From an uncultured Bacilli bacterium (lineage in GTDB: Bacteria > Bacillota_I > Bacilli_A > RF39 > UBA660), in the NCBI GenBank assembly GCA_947630575.1, contig CANRIB010000005.1, forward strand, positions 196-64,195: a stretch of DNA of 64,000 nt, in the 5' to 3' direction. Positions 1 to 9,580 of this stretch are shown in pieces. Under the pieces are notes generated by a model. It searched no databases and had not been told where the DNA came from. It was given only the letters and a program-made list of their open reading frames with translations. Both the position numbers and the translations under genes were made by a program. Numbering within the stretch: position 1 is the stretch's first letter; each line of letters opens with the position of its first letter.

Positions 1-166
1 AAAACTGTCCGTAGCTAAGTTTCTCATTTTTATCTTTATATTTTAATCTTTATTTTAGTATTATTTATATAGCTATATTTTTAGCACTTACTAGTCGTAC
101 TTTTTATTCTTTTATCCCTTATAAACACTGGGTTTATTCAAAACTGTCCGTAGCTAAGATACTTCA

Positions 167-1684
167 TCATGATATTTTGTATGGATTATTTGATGCCCCT
201 GTTCCTGTAAATGTTATATCAGCCTTCAGATTTATTACTGGGCGCACACCCCTCGCGCCGTACACGCTGTTAGTGTAGAGGTAGCCATACGAATCCACAC
301 GGAACACGTAAGCATAGCCGTTACTGTCGAAGTAATACGGAGACATTGTCCAATAGTCTTTATTTGTACATAGCCAGTATTTATTATTACTTTGACCTGC
401 AAATCCTCCGGCAAATATTACTTCGTCACTTGTTATTAAGCCTACTGGATTTGTTAATTTCTTATTTCCTAATATTGTTGTTCCATCTTTTGTTGTCGCT
501 CCTTTTGAATTTTGTCCTGTAAACAAATCTCTTGTTGGATTTGAACATTTCAAAGTTGGTTCTTGTGTTTTATCTTCACTCGTATCTGAATTCCATACTC
601 TATGGACTGGTGCATATGCAGTTTGTCGTTTTGCATATCCTCCGTTGCCTTTTCCTAGATAACTTCCGTGGTTTTTATCTGCTAATTCTCTATCATTGCA
701 AAAGCCTGTGTCTATATCTATTTTTTCTACTATTCCTTGGCTTCCTAAATTTGTATTTGTCCACCATTTATCTAATTCTCCTTTTATTGTACTATCTTTT
801 GAATTTTGGTGTGCATCAGCATACTTACTTGTGCTACCACCATTGTTCATGAATCCTACATATGTATTATCATTGTAAGTTGCATTATATTGTTGAACAG
901 TTTTATCGTTAGTATATGTAGTTGTTATTTGAGTACCTGTACCTGTTGTTGCTGGAGCTGTTGTTCCTCCTGCAGTATTTGTTCCCGCATATATTAACCT
1001 TATTGTGCCATTTCCATTTATTCGGATGATTCTCCACCATATATCTTTTCCATTTTCTTGTCCAAATTTTACCCAGTTATTTTTATTATCATCTAATGTT
1101 CCTCTAAACACGTAACTAGTTCCAAAATCATCCTCTACACTATATACTCCATTTTCGGCCATATTATTATTTTGACTTCCACTATCATAACATATTCCCC
1201 CTTTATTTCCACTACAACTTGGTCCTGTTATATTTGCAGTCAATATTCCATCTGATTCTATTCCTAAATTAACTAAAGTATCTTCTGCTGTATGTTTTTC
1301 TTTTTTAAAATACAAAGTACATTTATCTCTTTTCTTTAGATTACTAAATGTATGATTACCATCTATTGTTTTTAATATTGCTTCTTCGTCTTCTTGGGTA
1401 TCGTCTATCATACATTTACTTTTATTTTCGTCTATTTCATAACCGGTAGTTGGTACACTTGTTGTTATTTCATATCTTCCATCATCATTTTCTTTTCGAA
1501 TTTCAACTATCGTAAAATCATATGGACTATATGATATATTACCATTAACTATAGATACACTTTTGGTTACTTGATATTTTGCTTTACTTACCATTAATAT
1601 TATTGTAAATAATAACAATACTAAAAATACAAAACAAATTATTATTTTAGTTCTTTTATTTCGCTCTATCTTCTTAAATTCCAT
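167..1684 (-). CDS. Membrane-anchored secreted protein, paralog A (divergent N-terminal half, conserved C-terminal lectin-like domain with hypervariable cassette)
   Basis: 505-aa ORF with N-terminal hydrophobic anchor IIICFVFLVLLLFTIILMV. The C-terminal ~330 aa closely match ORF 45484..47442 (WWRIIRINGNGTIRLIY, YVGFMNNGGSTS, DYWTMSPY...GVRPVINLKAD). The YW[ST]xSP...G[VF]RP[VA] pattern recalls DUF1566/DUF6273-type C-lectin-like domains (from memory, not searched). Confidence 0.8.
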   Translation of the reverse strand: MEFKKIERNKRTKIIICFVFLVLLLFTIILMVSKAKYQVTKSVSIVNGNISYSPYDFTIVEIRKENDDGRYEITTSVPTTGYEIDENKSKCMIDDTQEDEEAILKTIDGNHTFSNLKKRDKCTLYFKKEKHTAEDTLVNLGIESDGILTANITGPSCSGNKGGICYDSGSQNNNMAENGVYSVEDDFGTSYVFRGTLDDNKNNWVKFGQENGKDIWWRIIRINGNGTIRLIYAGTNTAGGTTAPATTGTGTQITTTYTNDKTVQQYNATYNDNTYVGFMNNGGSTSKYADAHQNSKDSTIKGELDKWWTNTNLGSQGIVEKIDIDTGFCNDRELADKNHGSYLGKGNGGYAKRQTAYAPVHRVWNSDTSEDKTQEPTLKCSNPTRDLFTGQNSKGATTKDGTTILGNKKLTNPVGLITSDEVIFAGGFAGQSNNKYWLCTNKDYWTMSPYYFDSNGYAYVFRVDSYGYLYTNSVYGARGVRPVINLKADITFTGTGASNNPYKIS

Positions 1685-1839
1685 GACTTTGATTCCTTCC
1701 TTATCAATTATATTAGAAATTCCTAACTTATATTAAAATTATAATATCTCATATACTAAAAGTCAAGAAAAAGTTTTTCATTTCAAACACTATATTTTGT
1801 ATATAAGCTTTAAATGAGAAAATTAGACTGGTGATTGTT

Positions 1840-2292
1840 ATGTATAATACTATAAATATTAAAAAGATTAGATTAAATAAAGGGAAAAATCAAAGTGAAG
1901 TTGCAGATTTAATGAATATAAGCAGGTCTACTTATGCTTTATGGGAAAGTAATAATAATATTTTTCCAATTGATAGATTAGTTGATTTTTGTAATGTTTT
2001 TAGTGTTTCGTTAGATTATGCTTTAAATTTAACAGATAAAGAATTAGTTATTAAAGCGCCAATTGATATAGATAAATCTAGTGCAAGATTAAAAGAATTT
2101 AGAAAAGAAAAAGGCTTAACACAAGAAAAATTAGCTATTTTTTTACAAACTAATAAATCAGTAATTTGTAATTATGAGAAAAAAAGAAGTATTCTGGCAA
2201 CCCCTTTTCTTTATATGATATGTGAGAAATATAAAATAAGCGCAGACTATTTAATGGGAAGAATAGATACTCCTAAATATTTAGACAAATAA
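1840..2292 (+). CDS. XRE-family transcriptional regulator with two tandem HTH domains
   Basis: Two Cro/C1-type HTH units (QSEVADLMNISRSTYALWES and QEKLAIFLQTNKSVICNYEK). Divergent from ORF 167..1684. ATG at 1840 follows a GGTGA Shine-Dalgarno (SD) that contains the GTG at 1831 used by the track. Confidence 0.8.
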   Translation: MYNTINIKKIRLNKGKNQSEVADLMNISRSTYALWESNNNIFPIDRLVDFCNVFSVSLDYALNLTDKELVIKAPIDIDKSSARLKEFRKEKGLTQEKLAIFLQTNKSVICNYEKKRSILATPFLYMICEKYKISADYLMGRIDTPKYLDK

Positions 2293-2301
2293 AAAAGAAA
2301 G

Positions 2302-3273
2302 TTATTTTTCACTTTCTTCTAACATAGTAGTTATAAATAAGCCATAGCCAGTTTTAACATTGTCGGTTACTACATGAGTTACCGCCCCAATTAATTTGCC
2401 ATTTTGAACTATAGGTGAACCACTCATGCCCTGAACAATACCCCCAGTTTCTTTTAATAGTTTTTCATCAGTTATTTCAAAAGTAATATTTTTAATATCA
2501 CTATTTTCATTTATTTTAGAAATATAAATTGTAAATTCTTCAACTTTTTCATTATTTAAGACCGTATAAATTTGGGCTTCTCCGGTTGTTACTTCTTCAG
2601 GTTTAGCTATTTCTATTAATTCTTCTTTATTATATTTGGCATCATATGTGCCATATATTCCATATTTGGTATTTTTAGTTATATCGCCATAAGTATTAGT
2701 ATAATAAAATTTAGCATTTTTACTACCGGGATGGCCATCTTTACTAATTTCAATACCATTAATACTATTTTCAAAAATACTACCTGTTTTTACTTCAACA
2801 ATTTTAGAAGTGTTGGATTCGATTATTTCATGACCTAAAGCACCATATGTGTTTGTTTCGGGGTCAATAAAAGTTAATGTGCCTATTCCAGTGATAGAAT
2901 CTTTAACATATAAACCTGTTTTGTACATACCATTGATATTTTTTAAAGTTAAAGTAGTGGTGTTTTCTTTGTTGTTGCGTAAATAAGTTAGTTCTACTTT
3001 GTTATCTTGTAAATTAGCTTCGATTGCTTTAGTTAATTCATTAATCGTAGATACTTTGGTGTTTCCAACTTTAGTAATAATATCCCCTTCGATTAATCCT
3101 GAGGCCGGAATAGTGCCATTTACTTTGTAAAAGCCTATAATCATGATACCATTGCTTTTAATGTCTATGCCTATCGTTTCCCCTCCTAAATAAACTTTAT
3201 CGGAATAAGCTAGAACATTTAATGGAAAGCCTAAAATACATAAAAAAACTATAAATTTTTTCATACTACTCAC
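2302..3273 (-). CDS. spoIVB: SpoIVB-like S55 serine peptidase (signal peptide, PDZ, protease domain)
   Basis: N-terminal signal sequence, PDZ-like GDIITKVGNTKV, ALGHEI and GMSGSPIV catalytic-type motifs typical of SpoIVB. Shorter (323 aa) than the Bacillus protein. Confidence 0.7.
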   Translation of the reverse strand: MSSMKKFIVFLCILGFPLNVLAYSDKVYLGGETIGIDIKSNGIMIIGFYKVNGTIPASGLIEGDIITKVGNTKVSTINELTKAIEANLQDNKVELTYLRNNKENTTTLTLKNINGMYKTGLYVKDSITGIGTLTFIDPETNTYGALGHEIIESNTSKIVEVKTGSIFENSINGIEISKDGHPGSKNAKFYYTNTYGDITKNTKYGIYGTYDAKYNKEELIEIAKPEEVTTGEAQIYTVLNNEKVEEFTIYISKINENSDIKNITFEITDEKLLKETGGIVQGMSGSPIVQNGKLIGAVTHVVTDNVKTGYGLFITTMLEESEK

Positions 3274-3309
3274 CCATTTATAGTATGGTTTATTTATAGT
3301 TTTATAAGT

Positions 3310-5001
3310 TTACAATAATTGGTTTTTGGTAATATTTTCTATTTCCATTATTATATTTTCTACATCAATTAATTTAGTAGTATTTTGATATTTAATTTCT
3401 ATTTTATTTTCATTAATATTTTTTCCAATTATTACTTGGATAGGAATTCCAATTAATTCCATATCATTAAATTTTACACCTACACGAACATCTCGATCAT
3501 CTAGAATAGCATCGTTTTTTAATTTTTCATATAAATCGCTCGCTACAATAACTTGATGTTCATCTTTCATATTAACAGGAATAATAGCTACTTTATAAGG
3601 AGCAATATTTAAGGGCCAGTTTAAACTGGTAGATGTGGCATTTTGTTCGGCAATGGCAGTCATTAAACGCGCTATACCAATACCATAGCAGCCCATAACA
3701 ACCGGCTTTAATTTATTATTTTCATCTAAAAATTCTAAACCTAATTTTTCACTGTATTTGGTACCTAATTTAAATGGATTAGCAACTTCTACACCTTTAG
3801 TAAAATGAAGTTTTTGGCCACATTTAGGACATAAATCGCCTTCTTTAATAATTTTTAAATCACCAATATAATCGTATTTAAAATCTTTAATATTAACGTT
3901 TTTTAAATGATAATCTTTGATATTAGCACCAACAACAAAGTTAGTCATATGGATAAGATCTTCATCTATTATAATTGGAATAGATAATCCTATAGGTCCA
4001 ACAAAACCCATTTCAGAATTAATATTTTGAATTTCTTCAGCAGTTGCTAACTTAATGTCCGTGGTATTTAAAAGTTTAGATAATTTAGTTTCATTTAATT
4101 CATAATTTCCTGGTATTAATACAGAATATAATTTATTATTTATATTATATACTAGACTTTTAACAATATGGGACGTTGGAATATTTAGAAATTTAGAAAC
4201 ATCTTCAATTGTTTTAACATCGGGAGTATGAATTTTTATAATATCTTTTATTTCTTCTTTTTGGTATTCATTGGGTTTAGCACATCCAACTTCTAGATTA
4301 GTGCTATAATCACAGTTATCACAATATGCAAGAGTGTCCTCACCTATATCACATATAGCTTGAAATTCTTCGGATAAAGTGCCACCCATAACTCCTGTAT
4401 CAGCACGAACAATGCGATACTTAATGCCTAAACGTTCCATAATTTTTTTGTAAGCCACAATCATTTTATTATAACTAATGTCTAAGCCTTCTTCATCTTT
4501 ATCAAAAGAATAAGCATCTTTCATGATAAATTCTCTAACTCGGATTAAGCCAAAACGAGGGCGCATTTCATCACGATATTTATTAGCTATTTGATATAAA
4601 TTAAATGGTAAATCTTTATATGATTTAACTTTAAGTTTGGCTATTTCTACAAATAATTCTTCATGGGTTGGGCCTAAAACATAATTTCTTTCATAGCGGT
4701 CTTTTAAATTAAACATATCTTTGCCAAATTTTTCAGCACGTTCACTTTTTTCATAATATTCTTTAGGTATTAAAGAAGGCATTAATAATTCAATTGCTCC
4801 CGCATTATTCATTTCTTCTCTAACAATGTTTTCAATATTTTTAAGAACTTTTAAACCTAAAGGTAAAAAACTATATATTCCACTTCCTATTTTAGTAATC
4901 ATACCAGCACGTACTAATAACTTACCACTTTTGCTTTCTTCGTCTTTAACATCTTCTCTTAAGGTAAAAAAGTATGTATCACTTAATTTCATAAACTTCA
5001 C
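3310..5001 (-). CDS. proS: Proline--tRNA ligase (bacterial type)
   Basis: 563-aa class II aaRS with an N-terminus typical of ProRS (TLREDVKDEESKSGKLLVRAGMI) and C-terminal anticodon-binding region. Start abuts the xseB stop. Confidence 0.9.
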   Translation of the reverse strand: MKFMKLSDTYFFTLREDVKDEESKSGKLLVRAGMITKIGSGIYSFLPLGLKVLKNIENIVREEMNNAGAIELLMPSLIPKEYYEKSERAEKFGKDMFNLKDRYERNYVLGPTHEELFVEIAKLKVKSYKDLPFNLYQIANKYRDEMRPRFGLIRVREFIMKDAYSFDKDEEGLDISYNKMIVAYKKIMERLGIKYRIVRADTGVMGGTLSEEFQAICDIGEDTLAYCDNCDYSTNLEVGCAKPNEYQKEEIKDIIKIHTPDVKTIEDVSKFLNIPTSHIVKSLVYNINNKLYSVLIPGNYELNETKLSKLLNTTDIKLATAEEIQNINSEMGFVGPIGLSIPIIIDEDLIHMTNFVVGANIKDYHLKNVNIKDFKYDYIGDLKIIKEGDLCPKCGQKLHFTKGVEVANPFKLGTKYSEKLGLEFLDENNKLKPVVMGCYGIGIARLMTAIAEQNATSTSLNWPLNIAPYKVAIIPVNMKDEHQVIVASDLYEKLKNDAILDDRDVRVGVKFNDMELIGIPIQVIIGKNINENKIEIKYQNTTKLIDVENIIMEIENITKNQLL

Positions 5002-5217
5002 CTACTCACTTACTTCAAAATCAATTAATTCTTTATTTTCAGTTAGAATTTTATTAACTTTTTCGGTAGCACTATTTAATTTTTCACTGCAATATTTAGC
5101 TAATTTCATGGCTTCTGTATATTTATCTATAGCCCCATCTAACTCAACATTGCCACTTTCTAATTCTTTTACAATTGTTTCTAATTCTTTTAATGCATCT
5201 TCAAATGATTTTTCCAT
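5002..5217 (-). CDS. xseB: Exodeoxyribonuclease VII small subunit
   Basis: 71-aa helical protein (FEDALKELETIVKELESGNVELD) typical of XseB. Confidence 0.85.
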   Translation of the reverse strand: MEKSFEDALKELETIVKELESGNVELDGAIDKYTEAMKLAKYCSEKLNSATEKVNKILTENKELIDFEVSE

Positions 5218-5219
5218 AT

Positions 5220-5894
5220 TTACACTCCTTCTTTTATTCTTATGCGCCTTATTGTTTCATCAGCATCATAAGTATCATTTATTTTAGTTTCAAGTTCAGT
5301 TGATATAAGATTTTGCATTACTGCCACTTTTTTGGTTTCAATCAAACTTAATTTTTCTTTAATTTCTTCCATTTCTTGAATAATCTTGTCAATTTGGGTT
5401 TGATAAGACTTTTCTTCGGTTATTTTAAGAGTTATTTTTTTATTAATATTATTTAAGTTTTTCTTTAATTTATTTAATTTTTCTTCTATATTAGGTAATT
5501 TATAATTAGTTAAAATCTTCAAGGTATGAGGACTTGGAAGATAATCTTCAATTATATAAAATATGGTAATAAATAAATCTATTAAGCCTATTAAATATAG
5601 ATGAGATACTGGTAAAAACTTAAGGATAAAAAGATTAATAAGAATCATAATAACTATAAAAGCTGGAAATGCGCGAAAGAAGTTTTTGATTGTTTGATTA
5701 AAATTATCTTTAATTAATATTTGTTTTATTTCGTTTAGTTTTTTAATTTCAGATTCTATTTCTTCTTTTTCCTTTAACAGTTTATAATGTTCTTCTTGAG
5801 ATATTACAACTTTTTTATCGAGTTCACTTACTTTTTCCTCTCTAAGCACCAATAAAGTCTTTAATTTGTCAATTAAGACATCATATTTATTCAT
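5220..5894 (-). CDS. Coiled-coil membrane protein of unknown function inserted between xseA and xseB
   Basis: 224-aa ORF with coiled-coil N- and C-terminal segments flanking a hydrophobic core (FPAFIVIMILINLFILKF...LIGLIDLFITIFYII). Its ATG shares one base with the xseA TAA (TAATG). Confidence 0.6.
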   Translation of the reverse strand: MNKYDVLIDKLKTLLVLREEKVSELDKKVVISQEEHYKLLKEKEEIESEIKKLNEIKQILIKDNFNQTIKNFFRAFPAFIVIMILINLFILKFLPVSHLYLIGLIDLFITIFYIIEDYLPSPHTLKILTNYKLPNIEEKLNKLKKNLNNINKKITLKITEEKSYQTQIDKIIQEMEEIKEKLSLIETKKVAVMQNLISTELETKINDTYDADETIRRIRIKEGV

Positions 5895-7231
5895 TATTTA
5901 ACCTCCCTGACTTCGGCTTTAATATCGCCCTTATGAAATTTAATATTAATAATATCTTTTTCTTTTAAAAGTGAACTATCTTTAATAAGATTATCATCTT
6001 TAGTTACGAGAGAATAACCTTTTTCTAATATTCCTAAGGGATTAACTAATTTTAAAGTATTAATTAATATTTGATAGTTATGTTTTTCTTTTAAAATTAT
6101 ATTATTAATAATATTATATAAATTCTTTTCATTATAAATTAATTTTTCTTGTTTTAAGTTAAATAGATTCATAGGATTTTTTAAAACATAAGAATTTTTA
6201 AGATTATGGATAATTAGATTATAATTATCTAGTTTTTTAGTTATATAATTATTTAAAGTATCAATATAATTATCTAATCTTTGTTCTTTTAATTCATATA
6301 AAGATAATGGATTTTTTAAAATATAAGAACTAGTTATATTATCTAATCTTAATTTACTTTTATGAAGAAGATTACCCATAAATTCATTTAATCTTATTTC
6401 ATAGGAATTAATCATGTTATTTATTTCACTGATAGTGGGAACAGCCATTTCAGCAGCACCAGTTGGAGTTGGAGCACGCATATCGGCGACAAAATCCGCG
6501 ATGGTAAAATCTATTTCATGGCCAACCGCGCTAATAATCGGAACGCGAGCTTCATATATAGCTCGAGCGACAATCTCTTCATTAAAAGCCCATAAATCTT
6601 CAATAGATCCTCCCCCACGACCAATAATTAAAACATCTAAATTATAGTTTCCATTATCGGCTTCTTTTATTTGTTTCACTATATCAGGCGCAGCGTATTC
6701 TCCTTGAACTAGCGCAGGAAATAAAATTGTTTCACAAATAGGGAATCGTCTTTTAATAGTAGATAAAATATCTCTAATCGCGGCCCCAGTTGGAGCGGTG
6801 ATAATGCCGATTCTTTTAGGTATTTTTGGAATTGGTTTTTTATGGGCATCATTAAATAAGCCTTCTTTAGCTAGTTTTTCTTTTAATTTTTCAAATTCAA
6901 TATATAAATTACCTAGACCATCTGGTTCCATTTTATCGACATATATTTGATAAGTTCCTTGGGCAGGATAACATGAGATTCGCCCTTCAACCAAAACATT
7001 CATCCCATCTTCTGGAGCAAAAGTAATGTTTACGGCACTTGAATAAAACATGACAGCACTAATTCTTGATGTATCATCTTTTAAAGTAAAATATAAATGA
7101 CCACGGGTATGATTTTTGAAGTTAGATATTTCACCACGAAGATAAACTTTTTTTAAATAAGGATTATCATCAAACATTGTTTTAATATAAGTATTTAAAT
7201 CACTTATTTTAAGATATTTGTTCCCTTCCAT
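5894..7231 (-). CDS. xseA: Exodeoxyribonuclease VII large subunit
   Basis: 445 aa with N-terminal OB fold (VYLRGEISNFKNHTRGHLYFTLKD), catalytic core (IGRGGGSIEDLWAFNEE) and a long helical tail. Confidence 0.9.
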   Translation of the reverse strand: MEGNKYLKISDLNTYIKTMFDDNPYLKKVYLRGEISNFKNHTRGHLYFTLKDDTSRISAVMFYSSAVNITFAPEDGMNVLVEGRISCYPAQGTYQIYVDKMEPDGLGNLYIEFEKLKEKLAKEGLFNDAHKKPIPKIPKRIGIITAPTGAAIRDILSTIKRRFPICETILFPALVQGEYAAPDIVKQIKEADNGNYNLDVLIIGRGGGSIEDLWAFNEEIVARAIYEARVPIISAVGHEIDFTIADFVADMRAPTPTGAAEMAVPTISEINNMINSYEIRLNEFMGNLLHKSKLRLDNITSSYILKNPLSLYELKEQRLDNYIDTLNNYITKKLDNYNLIIHNLKNSYVLKNPMNLFNLKQEKLIYNEKNLYNIINNIILKEKHNYQILINTLKLVNPLGILEKGYSLVTKDDNLIKDSSLLKEKDIINIKFHKGDIKAEVREVK

Positions 7232-7250
7232 ATAATCAAATCCTTTACAT

Positions 7251-7646
7251 TTATTCTTTTATTATTTTATCTAAAACAGCATTAATGATTTTTCTTACAG
7301 CATCATCACTATATTTTTTAGCAAGTTCAATCGCTTCATTAATAATAACAACATGGGGAGTGTCAGTATATTTAAGTTCATAAATGGCTAAACGAAGAAT
7401 GGCGGCACCAGTTTTATCAATTCTTGTTATGTCCCAGTCAATCATTTTTTCATTAGCAATTTTGTCTAATTCATCTTTATAAGTAATTACTCCATAAACC
7501 ATATCTTTAACAAAATCATTTTCGATATCCATGTTATCATGCATAATATCTTCAATATTACATTTTACTTTATTACTATTCATTAAATCATATTGATAGA
7601 GAATTATCATAATTTTTTCTCTTAATTCACTTCTTGTTAATGCCAT
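7251..7646 (-). CDS. nusB: Transcription antitermination factor NusB
   Basis: 131 aa with RSELREKIMIILYQ and AILRLAIYELKY...INEAIELAKKY motifs. Confidence 0.9.
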   Translation of the reverse strand: MALTRSELREKIMIILYQYDLMNSNKVKCNIEDIMHDNMDIENDFVKDMVYGVITYKDELDKIANEKMIDWDITRIDKTGAAILRLAIYELKYTDTPHVVIINEAIELAKKYSDDAVRKIINAVLDKIIKE

Positions 7647-8016
7647 ATAAAATCACCTTTTTTAATTATATCTTATATTTATTAATAATTCAATTTAAAG
7701 ATTAATTTTTGTTGAAATTTGTCGAATTTTAAGGTTATTTTAATAGAACACCTATATAAATAGGTGAAAAAGGTTTTAATTCTATTTTAAATTATAATTA
7801 TATTAGTATGATAAAAAAGAATTTTATTAATTTCACAAAAAAAGAATAACCACATCAATGATTATTCCTTTTATCTTCTTTTTCCTTTTAATGAATCAAG
7901 TACAATTTGTAAACCTTCATACATTTCTTGTATTTCTTCTTCTGTTAAGCTAGCAATACTAAATTGCCAATCTCGTAAACCTGCTTGAAAATTTACAGAA
8001 ATATAATTATTTTTAA

Positions 8017-8601
8017 TCAATATTTTATATTTAATTTATTATTATATTTTTCTATACCTTTTTCTAATGCTTTATCTACATTAACCCAATATCTTTGCAA
8101 AATTTTGCCATTTGTTGGATCTATGATTTCATTTTCTAGTACTCCACAACTATTTTGAATTGTTTTAGCAGAACCAATATTGTCTTTATTACAAGTTATC
8201 AAAACGTTTTCTAAACCCATCTCTTTGCAAAATTCTAAAGCACAATAAAGTTGATAAGAAGCATATCCTTTTTTTCTTTCTGTTGGTCTTATTCCATAGC
8301 CAATATGACCACCACTTTGTAGTAATCTATCATTTAAAGCTAATCTAATATTAATTATTCCCAACAATTTATTATCATTTTCTCTGATAAGAAAGAATGT
8401 TTCTGCTGGTACTTCATCCCCAATTGTTGTTCTAGTTCTATCTTCTTCTAATTTCTTTAACCAGCCATCATAATCTCCTATATAATGTTTTAATCCTCCT
8501 ACCCCATTAATATTTGAATTATAATCGTTAAATTCTTTAATATATTCATAAGCTTGTTCTTCATATTCTTTTGTTGGTCTAATAAATTTTAATTCTTCCA
8601 T
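8017..8601 (-). CDS. GNAT-family N-acetyltransferase
   Basis: 194 aa with acetyl-CoA-binding-type segment GYGIRPTERKKGYASYQL. Confidence 0.75.
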   Translation of the reverse strand: MEELKFIRPTKEYEEQAYEYIKEFNDYNSNINGVGGLKHYIGDYDGWLKKLEEDRTRTTIGDEVPAETFFLIRENDNKLLGIINIRLALNDRLLQSGGHIGYGIRPTERKKGYASYQLYCALEFCKEMGLENVLITCNKDNIGSAKTIQNSCGVLENEIIDPTNGKILQRYWVNVDKALEKGIEKYNNKLNIKY

Positions 8602-8605
8602 TTTA

Positions 8606-9448
8606 TTACCTACTTATTTCTTTTAATTTTTCTTTACTACAAGAGAAATTAATTAATATTCCTGTTTCTTCATAGCCAGCATTAATATAAGCTTTATTAG
8701 AGGCTGGATAATTATAGTCAGTATATAATAAAGGAATTAAGCCTTTATTAAGCAATTCTTTAGTTAAGCTATAAATTAGATTAGCAGCATATCCTTTTCC
8801 TCTTTCTTCTTTAGGGGTATAAACATGATTTAAGCAAGCTTCTTGGCCAATTGTTTTATAATAAACCATTGAAACTATTTTATTGTCTGGATTACGCCAT
8901 ATAAATAAGTTACCAGAATCAAACATAGCTTCAATATCAGCTCTTGCTTGTTCTAAAGAAATAGAATCTACCCCTTCCATCTCTAAGCTATCTTCATACC
9001 AATATTTAGTTAACAATTCTTTTTCACTATCTAAAGGTTTAGACATAGCGCCATCACAATCTTTTGGTTTTTTAACATTTTTGCAATATAAACTGCCCAT
9101 TTCAAAATAATCTTCAGTATTTAATTTATCAAAACCACTTTTTAATAATTGTTGATACAATTCTTTTTTACAAGTAAATTTATCTTTCTCAGTATCAGTT
9201 AAGTAAAATTCTAAAACCTCTTTTAATTCTTCTAATTTTTCATTAGGGAAATTATCAATAGTCCAAATCCATGTAGGCCAACCAATTTTACCACGACAAA
9301 CAATGTAAGTTTCTTCATCGGAATAAAGAAGTAAATCTGGGCTAGCAAAGTTTTTAGCAATAACATGAAATTTAGTTCTATCTTTTAAATAAGCTTCACT
9401 TTGAAATATTTTATTATTTTGATTTATTTTTTTAATCATTTTCCACAC
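8606..9448 (-). CDS. GNAT-domain protein (C-terminal acetyltransferase fold)
   Basis: 280 aa with C-terminal VYTPKEERGKGYAANLIYSLTKEL...NKAYINAGY. Confidence 0.65.
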   Translation of the reverse strand: MWKMIKKINQNNKIFQSEAYLKDRTKFHVIAKNFASPDLLLYSDEETYIVCRGKIGWPTWIWTIDNFPNEKLEELKEVLEFYLTDTEKDKFTCKKELYQQLLKSGFDKLNTEDYFEMGSLYCKNVKKPKDCDGAMSKPLDSEKELLTKYWYEDSLEMEGVDSISLEQARADIEAMFDSGNLFIWRNPDNKIVSMVYYKTIGQEACLNHVYTPKEERGKGYAANLIYSLTKELLNKGLIPLLYTDYNYPASNKAYINAGYEETGILINFSCSKEKLKEISR

Positions 9449-9580
9449 TTCTTTCTATTTTATATTCATCAATTTACAAGATGAATATTTTTATTATTAA
9501 TTAGAATAATTATACAATATTTTCTTAGGATTTTATATACTTTTTCCGTAAAATTTACTTATATTTTATAGGATTATATT

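Noticed and set aside
1-158. The 19-bp direct repeat considered as a CRISPR array.
   Set aside because: Only two copies are visible, the spacer is about 120 bp (far too long), the repeat is short, and no cas genes are present. It is kept as a generic repeat finding instead.
532-997. Plus-strand ORFs (106, 60 and 63 aa) inside ORF 167..1684. Similar ones lie at 45543..47195 inside paralog B.
   Set aside because: They are antisense to long, well-supported genes, have Leu/Phe/Ile/Cys-rich low-complexity translations, and have no SD. They are typical shadow ORFs of AT-rich DNA.
1708-1735. TTATATTA repeated at 20-bp spacing in the XRE / paralog-A intergenic region as a possible operator.
   Set aside because: An all-A/T 8-mer in roughly 75% AT intergenic DNA is expected by chance. 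It has no similarity to the G-containing repeats at the paralog-B locus.
7871-8020. 49-codon minus-strand ORF between the GNAT gene and nusB (..DWQFSIASLTEEEIQEMYEGLQIVLDSLKGKRR).
   Set aside because: Its only possible start is a TTG overlapping the GNAT stop, with no SD. It may be a C-terminal remnant of a lost gene, but I cannot support it as a functional CDS.
9466-9492. Hairpin tattcatc/gatgaata followed by a T-run on the plus strand, between the GNAT gene and tyrS.
   Set aside because: No plus-strand gene ends here, and on the minus strand it lacks a U-run, so I cannot assign it as a terminator for either neighbour.
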